Assembly: GCA_963514005.1 (NCBI GenBank)
Contig: OY740821.1
Span: 14,012,001-14,076,000, forward strand
From: Raja brachyura
Lineage: Eukaryota
DNA length: 64,000 nt
Direction of reading: 5' to 3'
Shown here: positions 11,801 through 26,800 of the stretch, piece by piece
Layout: every line of letters starts with the position of its first letter
Position numbering within the stretch: position 1 is the first letter of the stretch
Notes under the pieces: generated by a model
The model's database searches: none
Told to the model about the DNA's origin: nothing
The model's input: only the letters and a program-made list of their open reading frames with translations
Program-made: the position numbers and the translations under genes

Positions 11801-14800
11801 CTTGCCGAGGCAGCGTGAAGTGCAGATGGAGTCGATGGAAGGGAGGTTCATTTGCGTGATGGTCTGTGCTGCGTTCACAACTCTCTGCAATTTCTTGCGG
11901 TCTTGGATGGAGCTCTTCCCAAACCATGGTGCGATGTGTCCCGATAAGATGCTCTCTGCGGCGCTTACCAATTTTGATCCTTATCATTCTCCATCCTCCA
12001 ATGTGATTATTCTCCTCCCTTTTTCAAATGACTTCTCACTCTAGTTGTAAAGAATGAATCTACTTGCATTTGCATGGCGCTTTTCGTGATCTTAGGACAC
12101 CTCAGTGCTTTATGCGCAAAGTAGTATTTTTGAAGCATAGTCAATGTTACAATACAAAAAAAAGCCACATCACCAATTTGCGCCCAGCAACATTGCACAA
12201 ATAATAACACTGTGTGTATGTTTTTTTAAATCCCAACCACACATCTCCCTCCCCAAATTACATTGATTGAGCAATAAACATTGACCAGAAAAACAGGGAT
12301 ATACCCAAAACGTCACCCATTCCTCCTCTCCAGAGATGCTGCCTGCCCCGCTGATTTACTCTAGCTTTTTGTATCTATATGTGATATATCCCCTGTTCTT
12401 CTTCAAAATAGTGCCACAATATCATTTTTACCAGAGCCTTGTTTGAACATGATAGCTTAAAAAAAAAGAAGCACTTTCAATGGTGGAGCATTCTCTCAGT
12501 ATTACTCTGGTTGTTCAGTCAACATTTTAGTGCTCATGTATTTTGTATAAGCTGGAAGCCAAAAAACAAGGGCTTAACATGAAGGGCTCAGAGCTGGCTC
12601 TTTGTCTTTTAGATAACCGAGGAAGAGATGTTAAGAACATTCACAAATCCTTGCCACAACAGTTTTCACAAGGAAGAGATTGTTAAAAGTCTATTAGAAA
12701 ATAATTTTAAAAGTGACTACATTAATGCTTATTTTATTTGGATAAAATGCCATGCAAATATCTTTTAAAAACAATTTGAATCCATTGCAGTATGGGGTGG
12801 GAAGATACAAACTGGCCAGTTCTGATGCAAGTTATTAAATTAACACTCAGATAACCCGCCTTTTCAACTTGAGCTAGAAATAGCCAGTTTAGATGCAACT
12901 AGACTGTTTTGATGCAACTAGCAGTTTCAATATTATTTTGGTTTCTCTCTCCTCTGTTCCCTTTAATCTTATTTTATTCACACCTCTTCGGGACAGGTCA
13001 ACTGCCATTAACAACCTTTTAGCACCCTTTCTCAGCTTGCACCTATGCCATCTGTGTCATTCAATCTTTTGGTCCCCACCCTGTATTCCTTCCAACCCGC
13101 TTCCTTCTTTAGCGTGTAAAGCATTCTTGTTTTATAACTCTTCCTAGTTCTGATGAACGGTCGTCAATCTGAAACATTCTGTTCCTTTCCCCACCAATGC
13201 TGCTGAACTGCGGAGTATTTGCATCATTTTCTGCCATTCTTATGGGAAGATGCAGATTTGTGTTCATTGCTTCAAATGTCACTTAAATGTTTGGCAAAGA
13301 CGGGGGGGGGGGGGCGTGAAAAAACACAAAAACCTAGCAAGGTCACTTTTGTATGTTGCCCGATAGAAAATTGTAGGAGAACCTTGTTATGGACAAATCA
13401 GTAAGTCCCCTTGCACACCTTTTACAAAAGGGATAGTACAAATGCCAGAGACCTAAATGAAGGGAAGAGGAGAAAATTAACTTTAACAATCAGGTAGACA
13501 AAATACATTAAAAAGTCAATTTTTTACCATCATAGGAAAGACAATAGCAGCAGGTGATGCTTTGATGACCCAGAGCAGGATTAGACAGGTGAGCTGTATG
13601 AATGTAAAAAGGTGAACTTTGCGCAGCGGCACATGACGCAGGTAGATAAAATCTGGCTGGTGCTTGGCTGGCATCGCAAACAGTTGCAGACGATCAAAGA
13701 ACTGGAAAAGGCAAGTGTTAGTACAATTATACAATTGTCCATTTAGATCACAATAGCCTATGAAAGTGTTAAAACTCATTTGCAATGAATAGTGTAGATA
13801 TAATATTTTAAAATCTGAAAAACCTTTAATAAAAGGTCTGAAACATCAATGTAAAGTTAAGAAATCACTAAAACAATCTTCACATGCAGCAAGTTTCTCA
13901 AAATCCTCCTACATTGGAGGTTGCATCCCGTGGGATGTATTATACTTTTTAAAACAAAAAATTAAAAATACTAGAAAAAAATATGCAGGTTTCCAACGTT
14001 TCAAAATTCTTTCTCAAACAGAACGATTCAGTTGGCATTTCCAACATACTTTTCTGCACATGAATACATTCATAGCCCCGACTACTCCCGTTCCAGGATG
14101 CCTCTTATATCTCCACCACTCAATTCACAAACTTCAAAAGATATATTGTTCTGACAGTAGAATGTAAAATTACATTTTATAAATACACAAATGTGATCTA
14201 TAACAAATGGGAATAATTTGTTCCATTTGCTTTTGATTGGAACAACATAAGAAACAGGGCAAGGCTGATGGTAATCTGACAATAATCATTATCTACGATT
14301 GTTAATTGGAATATTTAAAAACACAATTATTAATATATGCCATTTTCCGTTGGATAAAGAAAGGGTTAAATTATACAATAGACAGTGATTGTTCAAGTTA
14401 AAACCACCAAATTACAGATGGAATAATCATCTAGTTAACCTTATTAAATGTAAAATCTCTTTGTCAAGACATTATACGATGGAAGCTTGTGTAAACCGAG
14501 CTGTAGGACACATTGTCACAGACAGGGCTAAACCACAATCAAAATATTAAACAATGGCTACATAGGGAATATCCCAAATTTAGATAGAGAGCGGGAGCAT
14601 GTACATGTATAAACGTACATGGTCCATTTTGAAAATATAATTCTCACCTGAATTCCTTTCAGCGATGAAACCCCCATGTAAAGAAAGACTCCGTAAAGTA
14701 CAGGCATTGGAATGAACTGAAAACACAAAGTGATTGCAAATATCACAATGGAACATTCAAATGTCACTCAAGTCATTCTGCACCTCCTCCCTTCACCACA

Positions 14801-17800
14801 TCAAATGCTGGAGTGAAGAGAAAGGGTTAATAGCAAGCTTATATGATTACAAAGTTGCTTTGGCATAGCTTTTCAACACAGGACCTTACTCATATCATCA
14901 TTGCATATAAAAAGCAGTTTGAGTAAATCTTGAATTCCGATTTTAACTTCCTCACTTTCAGCAAAAACCACAACTTCTCAGCTGTTGCTCAGATAGTAAA
15001 CATTTGGGAAGTTATTCATACAAATCCATGTTCAATAATGTTATGGTGTGGTGTTAGGTGTGATAATGCCTTCCGGTTAATCAATAATAAATAACCAAAT
15101 AATTAGCCAAAATCATAAATGTTATGGGATCTATATGGGCATTTTCATACTGATGAAACCCAAAAGATGAACTTTTGCTGCCATTTATCTTTTATCTTTT
15201 CATTACATAAAGCAATCATTCTTTTTAAGGTTGTCATATTCTAGGCATTTTATTTTGATGAAGATGTCATCAAGCTTTAAACTGGCTATAACAAAACTCA
15301 AAGATTTTAGCAGTAAACATTGGAAGTAAATAAGAGTCAAGAGGGTTTATTCTTCATATGCACTGGATATGAACCGGAACAATGAAATTCTTACTTGCTG
15401 CAGCTTTACAGGCACATCAGATACAACGGTAAACATCGCCTATTTCCTTCGCTCCATAGATGCTGCCTCACCCGCTGAGTTTCTCCAGCATTTTTGTCTA
15501 CCTATGATATTCTTGCTGTCAACTAATGAGCTCCTGGATTGTTTAACAAATGATCTAGATTTCCATAAACTCAATAAGAAAGTTTATTGTGATGGCCCAA
15601 TAGTCAGGAATTGGATTGATTTATTTCAGCAGCAAATAATTTGATAATACATTCAGTATACCAAATTAAATGTGCTTGTGCTGTATAAATGCGTTATTTA
15701 TTTGAGCTCCACATTTTGCAACAAACTATTTATTCTGGAATTCATGTTATGCGGAATTTAAATTTGGCTCAATCAAACTTCAAAGAAATTGCAATTGGTA
15801 AAAGCAGGAACTTGCCATCATACTTTTTAATTCATTGAGTTGCAGAATTGGTTAGATCAAAAGATCCTTGTGTACTAACGTGAGGCTTCTGCTACACAAA
15901 TCACATTTTGATCTCAATCAAAGCAACAAGATTGATGACAGCACAAAAGGATACTTTATATTTAATTCACTATGGAATAAACATTCAAGCAGAAACTGTT
16001 CCACTTTGGTTGAAATTCCCAAAAGAAAATTCAATCCATTACTGGCATTGTCTATTATATTTACTCATCCCAGGAATCAGTCTGGTGAACCTTCTCTGCA
16101 CTCCCTCTATGGCAATAATGTCCTTCCTCAGATTTGGAGCCCAGAACTGTACGCAATACTCCAGGTGTGGTCTCACCAAGACCCTGTCTACTTCAGTTGT
16201 ACAGGGTCTTGGTGAGACCACACCTGGAGTATTGCGTACAGTTCTGGTCTCCAAATCTGAGGAAGGACATTATTGCCATAGAGGGAGTGCAGAGAAGGTT
16301 CACCAGACTGATTCCTGCGATGTCAGGACTGTCTTAGACTCGGTTTATACTCTCTAGAATTTAAGAGATTGAGAGGGGATCTTATAGAAACTTACAAAAT
16401 TCTTAAGGGGTTGGACAGGCTAGATGCAGGAAGATTGTTCCCGATGTTGGGGAGGTCCAGGACAAGGGGTCACAGCTTAAGGATAAGGGGGAAATCCTTT
16501 AGGGCCGAGATGAGAAGGACTTTTTTCACACTTTTTTCTGGAACTCTCTGCCACAGAGGGTAGTTGAGGCCAGTTCATTGGCTATATTTAAGAGGGAGTT
16601 AGATGTGGCCCTTGTGGCTAAGGGGATCAGAGGGTATGGAGAGAAGGCAGGTACGGGATACTGAGTTGGATGATCAGCCATGATCATATTGAATGGCGGT
16701 GCAGGCTCAAAGGGCCGAATGGCCTACTCCTGCACCTAATTTCTATGTTTCTATTATAAAATTTGTGCTTATCACCTCCTAATCTTTGTTTTCCACGTTT
16801 ACATTCAGTTGTAAATTCATACAAGCTGTGGCTGGTAGATTCAATGGCTCATGCATGATGCAGAATATAGTGTACAGTATACAGTGCATCGCAGTTCTAA
16901 ATTTAATCAAGTCAATTATGTGTCCAATTTGCAGCATCAATGTAAAAGACAAATTCTTGAAAAAGGCAAAAGCCCAAAAATTGGATCACATAGGCTTTTG
17001 TTTATGGTTGCTAACCAGGGGAAATTAGGTTTACCCAGAGTAATGCATTTCAGCAATTATTTCCAGGCAAAGATTGTATTGATCACACAATTGGACTGGG
17101 TATTTTCATGCACAATCCACTTTAGCAAGCTCAAATTATTCCAGGCATCAGGTGCTCTCCTTTAATGATGCCACAAGTCACACACATTTCCACCCATACA
17201 ATCACAGACTGAGCTCAAAGCTCCATATAGTGACAGGAATGGAAGAGGCTCAGTCAAACCAGGGGCAGTTGACTAGTTTGTGGCATTTCTTTCTATCTGA
17301 AGGTACGCTGCTATCATGACCAGGTAGCATTTGACTAGTGGTTGATCAGAAACCTTTTGCTTATGGTCTTCGAGGACTGTTCTCTCCGAGAAGTTCAAGG
17401 TCAGGTTGACTCAACGTCCCCCCACAAAACCTATCCAAGCAGCTGCAGCAGATTGCTGCATGCCTCCCAATTTTCTGCCTCCTTCTGTGCTGTATTTAAT
17501 AATAAATAATTGTATCTCGCTTTGATTTCAATGAGAAACATATGGCATCTCAGGAGATGATTTGTCAGCTTTGCTGGCTCCCCAAGAATTTAGGCAGCCA
17601 TTTAATACATTTGTGTGTCCACAAAGGCTTCCTTTATGAACCCATTCTATTTTCAGTCCAGAGGGACCACGTCAGCCAGAACCCACAATTTGAACTTAAA
17701 GTCAATTAAATAGCAAGATGGCTGAATGTATAATGGAAATTAGATCTAAAGATTTGCCAACAGATAATTAATGTCAAATATTGATAATAAGGGACACGAT

Positions 17801-20800
17801 AATTCTAAACAAATATACATTCCATAATGAAATTAAAAGATAATATTTATTCAAATTACCCGACTGCCATGGCGGGATTCAAACTCATCTTTCCAGAATA
17901 ATAACTCAGGCTTGTGACCGCCAGTAATTGAATTACTGTTTTGCTGTACATCACATATTTGCAACATACTTTCACCAGTAGACATTGGAAACGTCCGTGC
18001 TTTATAACACATTATCAATTTAATTTAATGTTAAAATGATAAAAATCTATTACAAGCAAAGCTGGGAGATTAGGCGTATATGGAAGTGTTGCTCCATCTT
18101 GCCCTATCATTATCTACCCACAGCCAGCACAAATGGCACCCCACTGGTGGGGCTCATCTCCGGGGGGGACGAGTACGCCTATCGGGATGAGGTGGAGCAG
18201 CTGACAGTGTGGTGTGGTGTGGAGAAAATAACCTGCTCCTGAACACCTTAAAGACCAAGGAGATAATAATAGACTTCAGGAAGAACAAAACAGAACTGGT
18301 ACCACTAATCATCAGAGGGGACTGTGTGGAGAGGGTGGCGGATTTCCGCTTCCTGGGAATCCATATTAAGGAGGACCTGACGTGGAGCGTGAACACCTCT
18401 ACGCTGCTGAAAAAGGTCCAGCAGAGACTGCACTTCCTGAGGGTGCTCAGGAAGAATAACATCACACAGACACTGCTGCTGTCCTTTTATCGGTGCTCCA
18501 TTGAGAGCATCCTAACATACTGTGTATGCGTGTGGTACACCAGCTGCACAGTGGCTCAGAGGAAAGCACTCCAGAGGGCCATTGACAATGCCCAGAGGAT
18601 TGTTGGCTGCCCTCTCCTTACCTTGGAAGACTTACACAGTTCCCGCTGCATCAAAAAATCCCAGAATATTATAAAGGACATTTCCCACCCCGGACACTCC
18701 CTGTTTGAACTGTTGCCGTCAGGCAGACGGTACAGATCTACAAGGACAAGGACAAACAGACTTAAAAACAGTTTTTACCCCACTGCTATAAAGGCACTAA
18801 ATGTAGCTGCCAAGGAACGCGGGGACTAAGGGACTGTGGTTGGTACACTGTGAAATCAACAGAAGGATGTAGGGTTGGGTGTTTATGCGTGCTATTTTCA
18901 TATTTCATATTTATTTTAGTTGTTTATCTTTTTTAATATTTTACCTTGTATGTATCGTTAGCTTTTATGGTTTGAATGGTGCACTGACTGGTTGACATTT
19001 TTTCATTTCGTTGTACATGGTTCATGTTACAATGACAATAAAGAAACTATCTACCTGTGAAACACCAGGAAATTAGGACATAGCAGTCCGTAATTTAAAA
19101 AATGTTCAATTAGAAATGTGGTTGTGAACTTCATTAGTTATTTTGCAGTTTATTTCTAAAGTTTTAAGTTTGTTAAATCAATTGGATTTTGAGCTGATAT
19201 TTTTCTTCGCAAGCATTAAACAGAATTTGTTACAATCTAAGTAAATGTCTGGTTTGTATTTCACACTACATTGCAAACAATTTCTTCAAATTAGCATGCT
19301 CCATTGAAATTAACAGCTCCAACCAGTTGCTGAATACTTCCACTATTGACCCACCTTTAAGAAAGTCGTCATAAAGACCGAGCAGCCCATGAGAACGAAG
19401 ATCATCAGACCGGTAACACGTTGTTCTCGAATACCGAGGAATTTTGGCTGTTCACCAGGAGCTGAACATTCTGATTCCAGCTTCAGACTGTTCACGTGAG
19501 AGATGGAGAGAACAGTTGCTGCGACAAACCATGGCAGGCCCATGATTGAACACACACCCAACATTACAGCCACTATCAGGAGGTCAAGGTGATAGCCGCA
19601 TCCTTTCTATGGAGAGGAAGAACTGATTAATTAGAATCTAAATTGTGACCAACTGACTACAACGGCACAGGAACAGACCCTTCAGCCTATGAGGTTGGTT
19701 CTGGCCATGTCAGTTTAAACTGTGTATCTACCTGATACCATCTCTATCCATCCATTCCCTGCCTGCTCATGCATCCACTGAACATGAAATGACACCGAAA
19801 CATTGCTATTATAAAGTTATTGCACAAATTTCAAAAACCAAAGCAGTCAACTTAAAGATTAAAATGCAGCTTTCAATTGTACATTACACTAATTTTGCAA
19901 TGGATGCAGACAAATCCAATCTGCACAACATTAAACTATCGATTACATTTTTATTTACTAAATTATCTGTAAATTTCATTTACATCAAAAAACTTAAACA
20001 TTAGTACGAATTCATACTTTCAGTTTGTGTTCCTTCCTATTTATTATGACAGCAGTGATCTGTTGGTCCATGAAAATAAGAATAGTACAGAGTAGAGCTG
20101 GGATAATGGCAGCAATGACAGTCCACCAGGGATTTGGGCCGATGGGATTAATTAGCCATCCTCGATCATCTCTTGTTGGCTGCAAATGAACACACAGCAC
20201 AAGGATCACAGTTTTGTTGTTAATTTCAAAGATATTTTTGCAAATTACTGGCATCAGTGCAATCTTACACCCTCTCATTAGCAACATATATCCGAGGACA
20301 GTATACAGTATGGTAATACTGTAGTTTCCCTTTGCAGATGTCATCAAATTGAATACTGTCGTCAGCCAAATTTTGAAGTTATTCAATGGCATTTCTAGTT
20401 AGGTGGCTCTCACCATGACTATAATATTACCCTGCATATATTAAGCTTTTTGTGCTCAGTGCCTTCCTTTTGACTCCAAGCAGAAACCGAGATTGAATGG
20501 CTTCAGATATATTCTTGGAGTCACTTGGGCCGAATCAACAATGAGATCTTTCTCAACAAATGAACCAGCCTACTGTCCATATAGATCTCTGCAGAATGCT
20601 CATCAGCTTTGCTGCATGAGACAAAGATCACGTGTCTCTGTGGCATGTGGAAACAAAGAACTGCAGATGGGTCTCGACCCACAACGTCACCTATCCACGT
20701 TCTGCAGCAATGTCTGCCATAGACTCTGCGGCAGGGCCAACCAATGAGCCATCTGTCATGTAAAAGATCAGAGCTCCGATACAGCAAAGTCGGGCAAGAT

Positions 20801-23800
20801 TTTAATTCTGTATTCCCACTAACAACTGGAAGAACCCTCTGCACAATTGGTCAGTCTGGTCAAAGCTACTGCAATTACTACAGAGACCCAGGAAGTAGTG
20901 TGTTGCAAACTCCATTTGGCAATTAGACTTGCAGCTACAATGGAAGGTTTCTCATTTATGATTCAGATCTTCTCCCACTGGCAAGCAGCACAGATCAAAT
21001 GAGCTGTTGTAATGGTTCAAGATGCACAAGTTGCCAGAATTGGAGGTGTTTTTGAGGGGTGGGGGTGTGTGCACAGTTAAAAAAAGATGGAGGGGTCACA
21101 CAAATAAAGAAGAGCATAGATCATGAAGGGATTTTAAATTCATGCCTATGTTTTTAAACGGAAGCATTAGTTAATTGGGAATGCATCAGTTAGCAGGCAT
21201 TAGGGGTGAAGGGCAGAAGGGGCAATGCAGGGTTGGACAGAAGCAGCAGAACTTTGTACAGGTAATCTGTGGTCAGGTACATTCCCCATCATTGCTTTCT
21301 CTTCCAATTTTATATATTGAATGAACACATTCCTCTGGGTAATCTTCCAGATTATCACCACCGGCTAAGTAATTAAATCTAAACTGTTTGGTCTCTGAGA
21401 TTCAGTACATGATACGCTATTGTGGAATAAGATTATTTTACAAATGTGCGTGCTGTTTATCCATACCCCTTAGAATACAAAGTACCTTGTACTCATTATT
21501 ATCATGACACATGCCCATCGCACTGCAGCCTTTACTTTGCTAGTCTCAAACTAATTACCAATTACTTATTCCTTTGAGTATCTAGAACAGTCTTCCAAAT
21601 GATGTTTATTTTGTTACCTTAAAGATGCTGGGAACTTGAAGCTTTGGTGATGGTATTCCCAGGACATAGTCAATAAGAACCATAGAGAAGATGGTCAGGA
21701 AAACAGCAAAATCACTTATCATTGATCGCACCTGCCAGTAAATATAATTAATGAACAAAACGGTGTTACGGGCCATCAGGAATAATAAATGGGAGAATAT
21801 TTTTTAAATAAAAGTCACGTTTGCCAACGATCATTTCTAGCTTCATGCAATAAATGGTATCCAGAATCAAATGGAGAAAAATAATGAACAGCATAGGCTT
21901 GGCTAAACGTAATTGCATCCAAAGGAATACATTATAAATAATGCTCTACCCATGTTCGGTAAAATTCTCTTTCCAGTGATGGCCTATACCAAACCAAAGT
22001 ATTCCATTGGAAGTCGAGAACAACACCGTATACATGTCCTTGTATTCATTACTTGGTATTTTTTATTTAAATAAAAACAGCCTTATGTGGTAAATAAGAA
22101 TCTGTAAAACTCTTGACAAATATAGTTTTGTTTAATAGAAAATGAGACAAAGAAATTATACATACCTTAGTTGGGAAATAGTGACTTGTTTTAAACTGTT
22201 TGAGGAACCCTGATAGGGTAAATGTAGAAAAGAATAGTATTACAGACCAGAAGAGGACATCTGGGGTGTATGGTCCATGCGGTCCACACGAAGGGCCAAC
22301 AAATTCACCGTGAAATGTCCTGCAGTCCTAAATGATGAAGAGCAGCAAACAGATCATGTTAAAAATGTTGCAGTAGACAACATTTTGGAGCACCATTGCA
22401 TTGATTTCTTCACTGTATGGAATGCTCCATACACCACTGAAGTCATCTTCAGAGACAGGACCAGGTTATGACATATACAGTATGAAATGTTTTTCACATG
22501 ATATCACCACAAAAGTCTTCCTTATGCAATCCTTACCCATCTTTCACATTAATACTGGCCAGCAAAGAGGAAATATCCGACTGACCCTGCCTTAGGTGGA
22601 AGCAGTGTCATGTACTCTCTACCATCCATTTATTAATCTACAACTTTCTCCTGAATTTGACTTTTATCCTTGCACCACAGAAAATAAATAGCAGAGAACC
22701 TGGGCCTTGCTCATAATGTAGTTTCCCCAAAGCGCTGTGGCCGTGTGTAGAAGGTTCCACAGGAATTAATATTACATTTGCTGAATAATTCAATTTACAA
22801 AATAATCACGAACGTTCAACAGTAGAATCCATTAGTGTTTACCATCTCAAGTTCATTTACATTACACACGTAACTATTGCTGAATAAAAATGTTTATAAG
22901 TTGATCTAGACTCAGATACAGCACAGAAAAGCCCACCAAGTCTGTGCCAACCACGAGTTTACACTAATCTCATATTAATCCAATTTATTCCCCAGACATT
23001 CCCATCAACTCCCCCAAGATTTTTTTTTGTCCAAGTTATTAAACCCACACAAATATCAGAATACATAGCACCTAAACGTAATCCTCCATAGCTATTAATG
23101 ATAATAATTATGCTTGACCGCTCTCTTCAATTTTAAATCCCTGACATTATCTTTAAAACAATGGAATATCCACTCCCTGTAATTAGCAGCCCACCTACAA
23201 AATTACAGCAAAAGAGAGTCAAGAGTGCTTTATTGGTCACAATAGCCATGAAAACTAATTTTAAAGACACAATGTGTTATCTATTACGTTCTTCACAACA
23301 TTAACAGGGCTAATCAATAGACTGTTTATAATCCCCCTTCAACCGTACTCTTAATAATTTCCTAAACACAACTAATCAACATTCACTTTAACTTACACTG
23401 ACAGTCAGATTTGCCCAAGGGACCGATGATTTTGTAATATTTTGCATCTCCCAGTACACCATAGTTCTGTTGTTAGGATTATGAGGCTCTGCGCATATAC
23501 AGCTAAAGTAAACAGAAAATTACATACAAGATACATTAATGTGACCAGATGAATGTGTGGTTTTCAACATGAACCAATCTTAACCAGATTATTGGCAGGA
23601 ACAAAATTAATATATTTCATTCAGTGAAAATAGTTTTGTTTTAATTTGGAGAAAATAGTGTTCTATTAAAATCACCGGTCACAAAAGCCGAATTTGCAAT
23701 GCCCACTGATTGGGCACGATGGGGGCACTTTAATACTTAAAGTAGGATCCATGGCACATGCACATAGCTCTGAGATATGCCAACTGGAAAATGAAAGTGC

Positions 23801-26800
23801 ACACATTTCAATTCTACAAGTTTGGTATTTTGCACTTTTTAGTCGGCTGTGGAGGCCAAATCATTGGGGGTTTTTTTTTTTTTTTTTAATTTGTTTTTTT
23901 TAAGGTGGAGATTGACAGATTCTTGATTGGTGAGGATGTCAAGGGTTATGGGGAGAAGGCAGAATAATGGGGTTGAGGGGAAAGATAAATCAGCCATGAT
24001 TGAATGGTGGAGTAGACTCAATGGGCCGAATGGCCTAATTCTGCTCCGGTTTGAACTTCTGGAATCAATTGCTCCCATATATGGATGCATTGGCATAGCG
24101 CAACTGGGAGAATACGCAGAGGGGCAGTGATGCAGGACAAACTGTTGCAAGTGTTCTCAATAGGAAGCAGAATCTGCCCAAGATGTTCAGATAGTAACAT
24201 GTTCAGGCAAGTGGGACTAGTGTAGCTGGGACATTGCTGTTTCCACATTGTATCACTCTATGATTCTCTCTATGACTCTATAACTAAAGTTCAACAAAAA
24301 AAAATGTGTAAGAAATGTGCACAAGACAGGAGACCCTGAATGAAATTTACCAAGTGCTGCAATCATCACATCAGCCTTTGCAGGGCAAAGTGTGCGTTGG
24401 CAGTGCCTGTGAAGATGGCAGTGATGATGAACTTTTGTCCATTTGAATCCTTCCAGGATAGAACTGGGGATATTTTCAAACAATAAGGTTGCTGGGACTG
24501 TGACCATCCCATGGTAGAGGCCACCAGCTACCAAAACAGTAGCTTAAGAGCAGGACATACAGGTACAGTACATGGGAGTCAGGGAAAGAGGCGAGAAAGA
24601 CAGGGTGAAGGGAGGAAGTGGCAACCCTTCCTCATGTTGCATGTGAAGGATTAATCTGACATAGCAGTGATTGCAATTCCAATTCAGCATAGGTTCCCAC
24701 AGTCACTAACAGTCATATTATAATCTTGACCACAATGTAAAAACGCATCACAACAAAGATTTAAAATAAACGTAATCTATTGCAAATCTACAAGCTATTT
24801 CACACCAATTACACTCCCGCATTTCCCAATGTCCCAGTTTCCAAGTGCCTTTGCAGTGTTCCTGTGCAGAGCTGCCCTACACAACTATTATTTTCAGGAG
24901 GCGACTGCAAGAGATTTTGTTGCTCTATCTTGAGCAGCTAAGAGCCCCGAAGGCCCAGCATCAGTTTGACACGGCTGGGAGGAAAGTAATCTAGCATACA
25001 GCAGATTATAAATCGCCTGGGTCATCCAGAAAGTAAAATGCGATTTTAGCCCGAGGTAGATATTCAATGACTTTTTGCTGGGTCCATAATGAAACAGCAT
25101 TTAAATTGTTATGATGAAATATCTGTCCAATACTCAGTCTTGGCTCACACTTCAAAAATAATAATTCAACTTAAGTACAGCAACTGGCTCCCATGGAATG
25201 CTAACACTGCAGAAACAGAGAACATTTGACAAGGAAGAAAAACTATAATGCTTACAAGTATTGAGTAAGCTGGTCCAGATCTGAATGCATATTGAAAGAG
25301 TAGATTTCTCCCAAATGGATCAGCTTTTCCAGAGCTTCATAGATGAAAATAATACAGATGAGAGAGGCAAATGCCTCCTCTGTAAATCGAGTTATGTAAC
25401 AGACAAGAGAGCTTGCATCTGTGGCAACAAGCAAGATACACATGAATGATGTCCAGAGTCCAATAGTCGCTCTCAAAGAAAGGTAGGATAAGTTATAGTC
25501 CCTATAAACAGGAGAGATAAATGTTTTTAATTAGAAACAGGTGAAATTAGATTTAGTGGTGAACATATCTGAATTCCAGGCAACATCATCAAACTTAGGA
25601 AAAGCTTCAGAAATGCCATTCCAAGCAAATATGTTCTGCAGTAGAGGAGTGAGAGATGGTGAATTATTATCTTTGTACTATACTTTATTCCCACAGTCTG
25701 GATCTGCAGTTGTGAATTTATGTTAGGATGTCTTAGATCTGTATTGATTCAACAGGAGTGGGGCTCCACTGGTCTCAACAGATCAATGAAGACATTGAAC
25801 AAACTCATTGGGAGAGAGATAGAATCTAACAAGGTGAAAAAAAACAATAATACCAGAGAAACAAGAAAACCTCTATGTCCACTGTTAATGCTGCTCCCTC
25901 ACCTAATCATCTTAGTAATTTCTCCTTCTGTCACACTCACTATTGCAATAAAATCGAAAAAAAAATAATCACAAGTTAATCAGAAAATTCAAACATAGAA
26001 ACATAGAAATTAGGTGCAGGAGTAGGCCATTCGGCCCTTTGAGCCTGCACCGCCATTCGATGTGATCATGGCTGATCATCCAACTCAGTATCCTGTACCT
26101 GCCTTCTCTCCATACCCTCTGATCTCCTTAGCCACAAGGGCCACATCTAACTCCCTCTTAAATATAGCCAATGAACTGGCCTCAACTACCCTCTGTGGCA
26201 GAGAGTTCCAGAGACCCACCACTCTCTGTGTGAAAAAAGTCCTTCTCATCTCGGTCCTAAAGGATTTCCCCCTTATCCTTAAGCTGTGACCCCTTGTCCT
26301 GGACCTCCCCAACATCGGGAACAATCTTCCTGCATCTAGCCTGTCCAACCCCTTAAGAATTTTGTAAGTTTCTATAAGATCCCCTCTCAATCTCCTAAAT
26401 TCTAGAGAGTATAAACCGAGTCTATGCAGTCTTTGTTCATAAGACAGTCCTGACATCCCAGGAATCAGTCTGGTGAACCTTCTCTGCACTCCCTCTATGG
26501 CAATAATGTTCTTCCTCAGATTTGGAGACCAGAACTGTACGCAATACTCCAGGTGTGGTCTCACCAAGACCCTATACAACTGAAGTAGAACCTCCCTGCT
26601 CCTATACTCAAATCCTTTTGCTATGAAAGCTAACATACCATTCGCTTTCTTCAATGCCTGCTGCACCTGCATGCCTACTTTCAATGTCTGGTGTACCATG
26701 ACACCCAGGTCGCGCTGCATCTCCCCTTTTCCTAATCAGCCACCATTTAGATAATAGTCTGCTTTCCTATTTTTGCCACCAAAGTGGATAACCTCAAATT

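Noticed and set aside
24870-25110. Enhancer-like unique sequence in intron 14 (similar impression at 51960-52100)
   Set aside because: Only a compositional impression; cannot be supported without conservation data.
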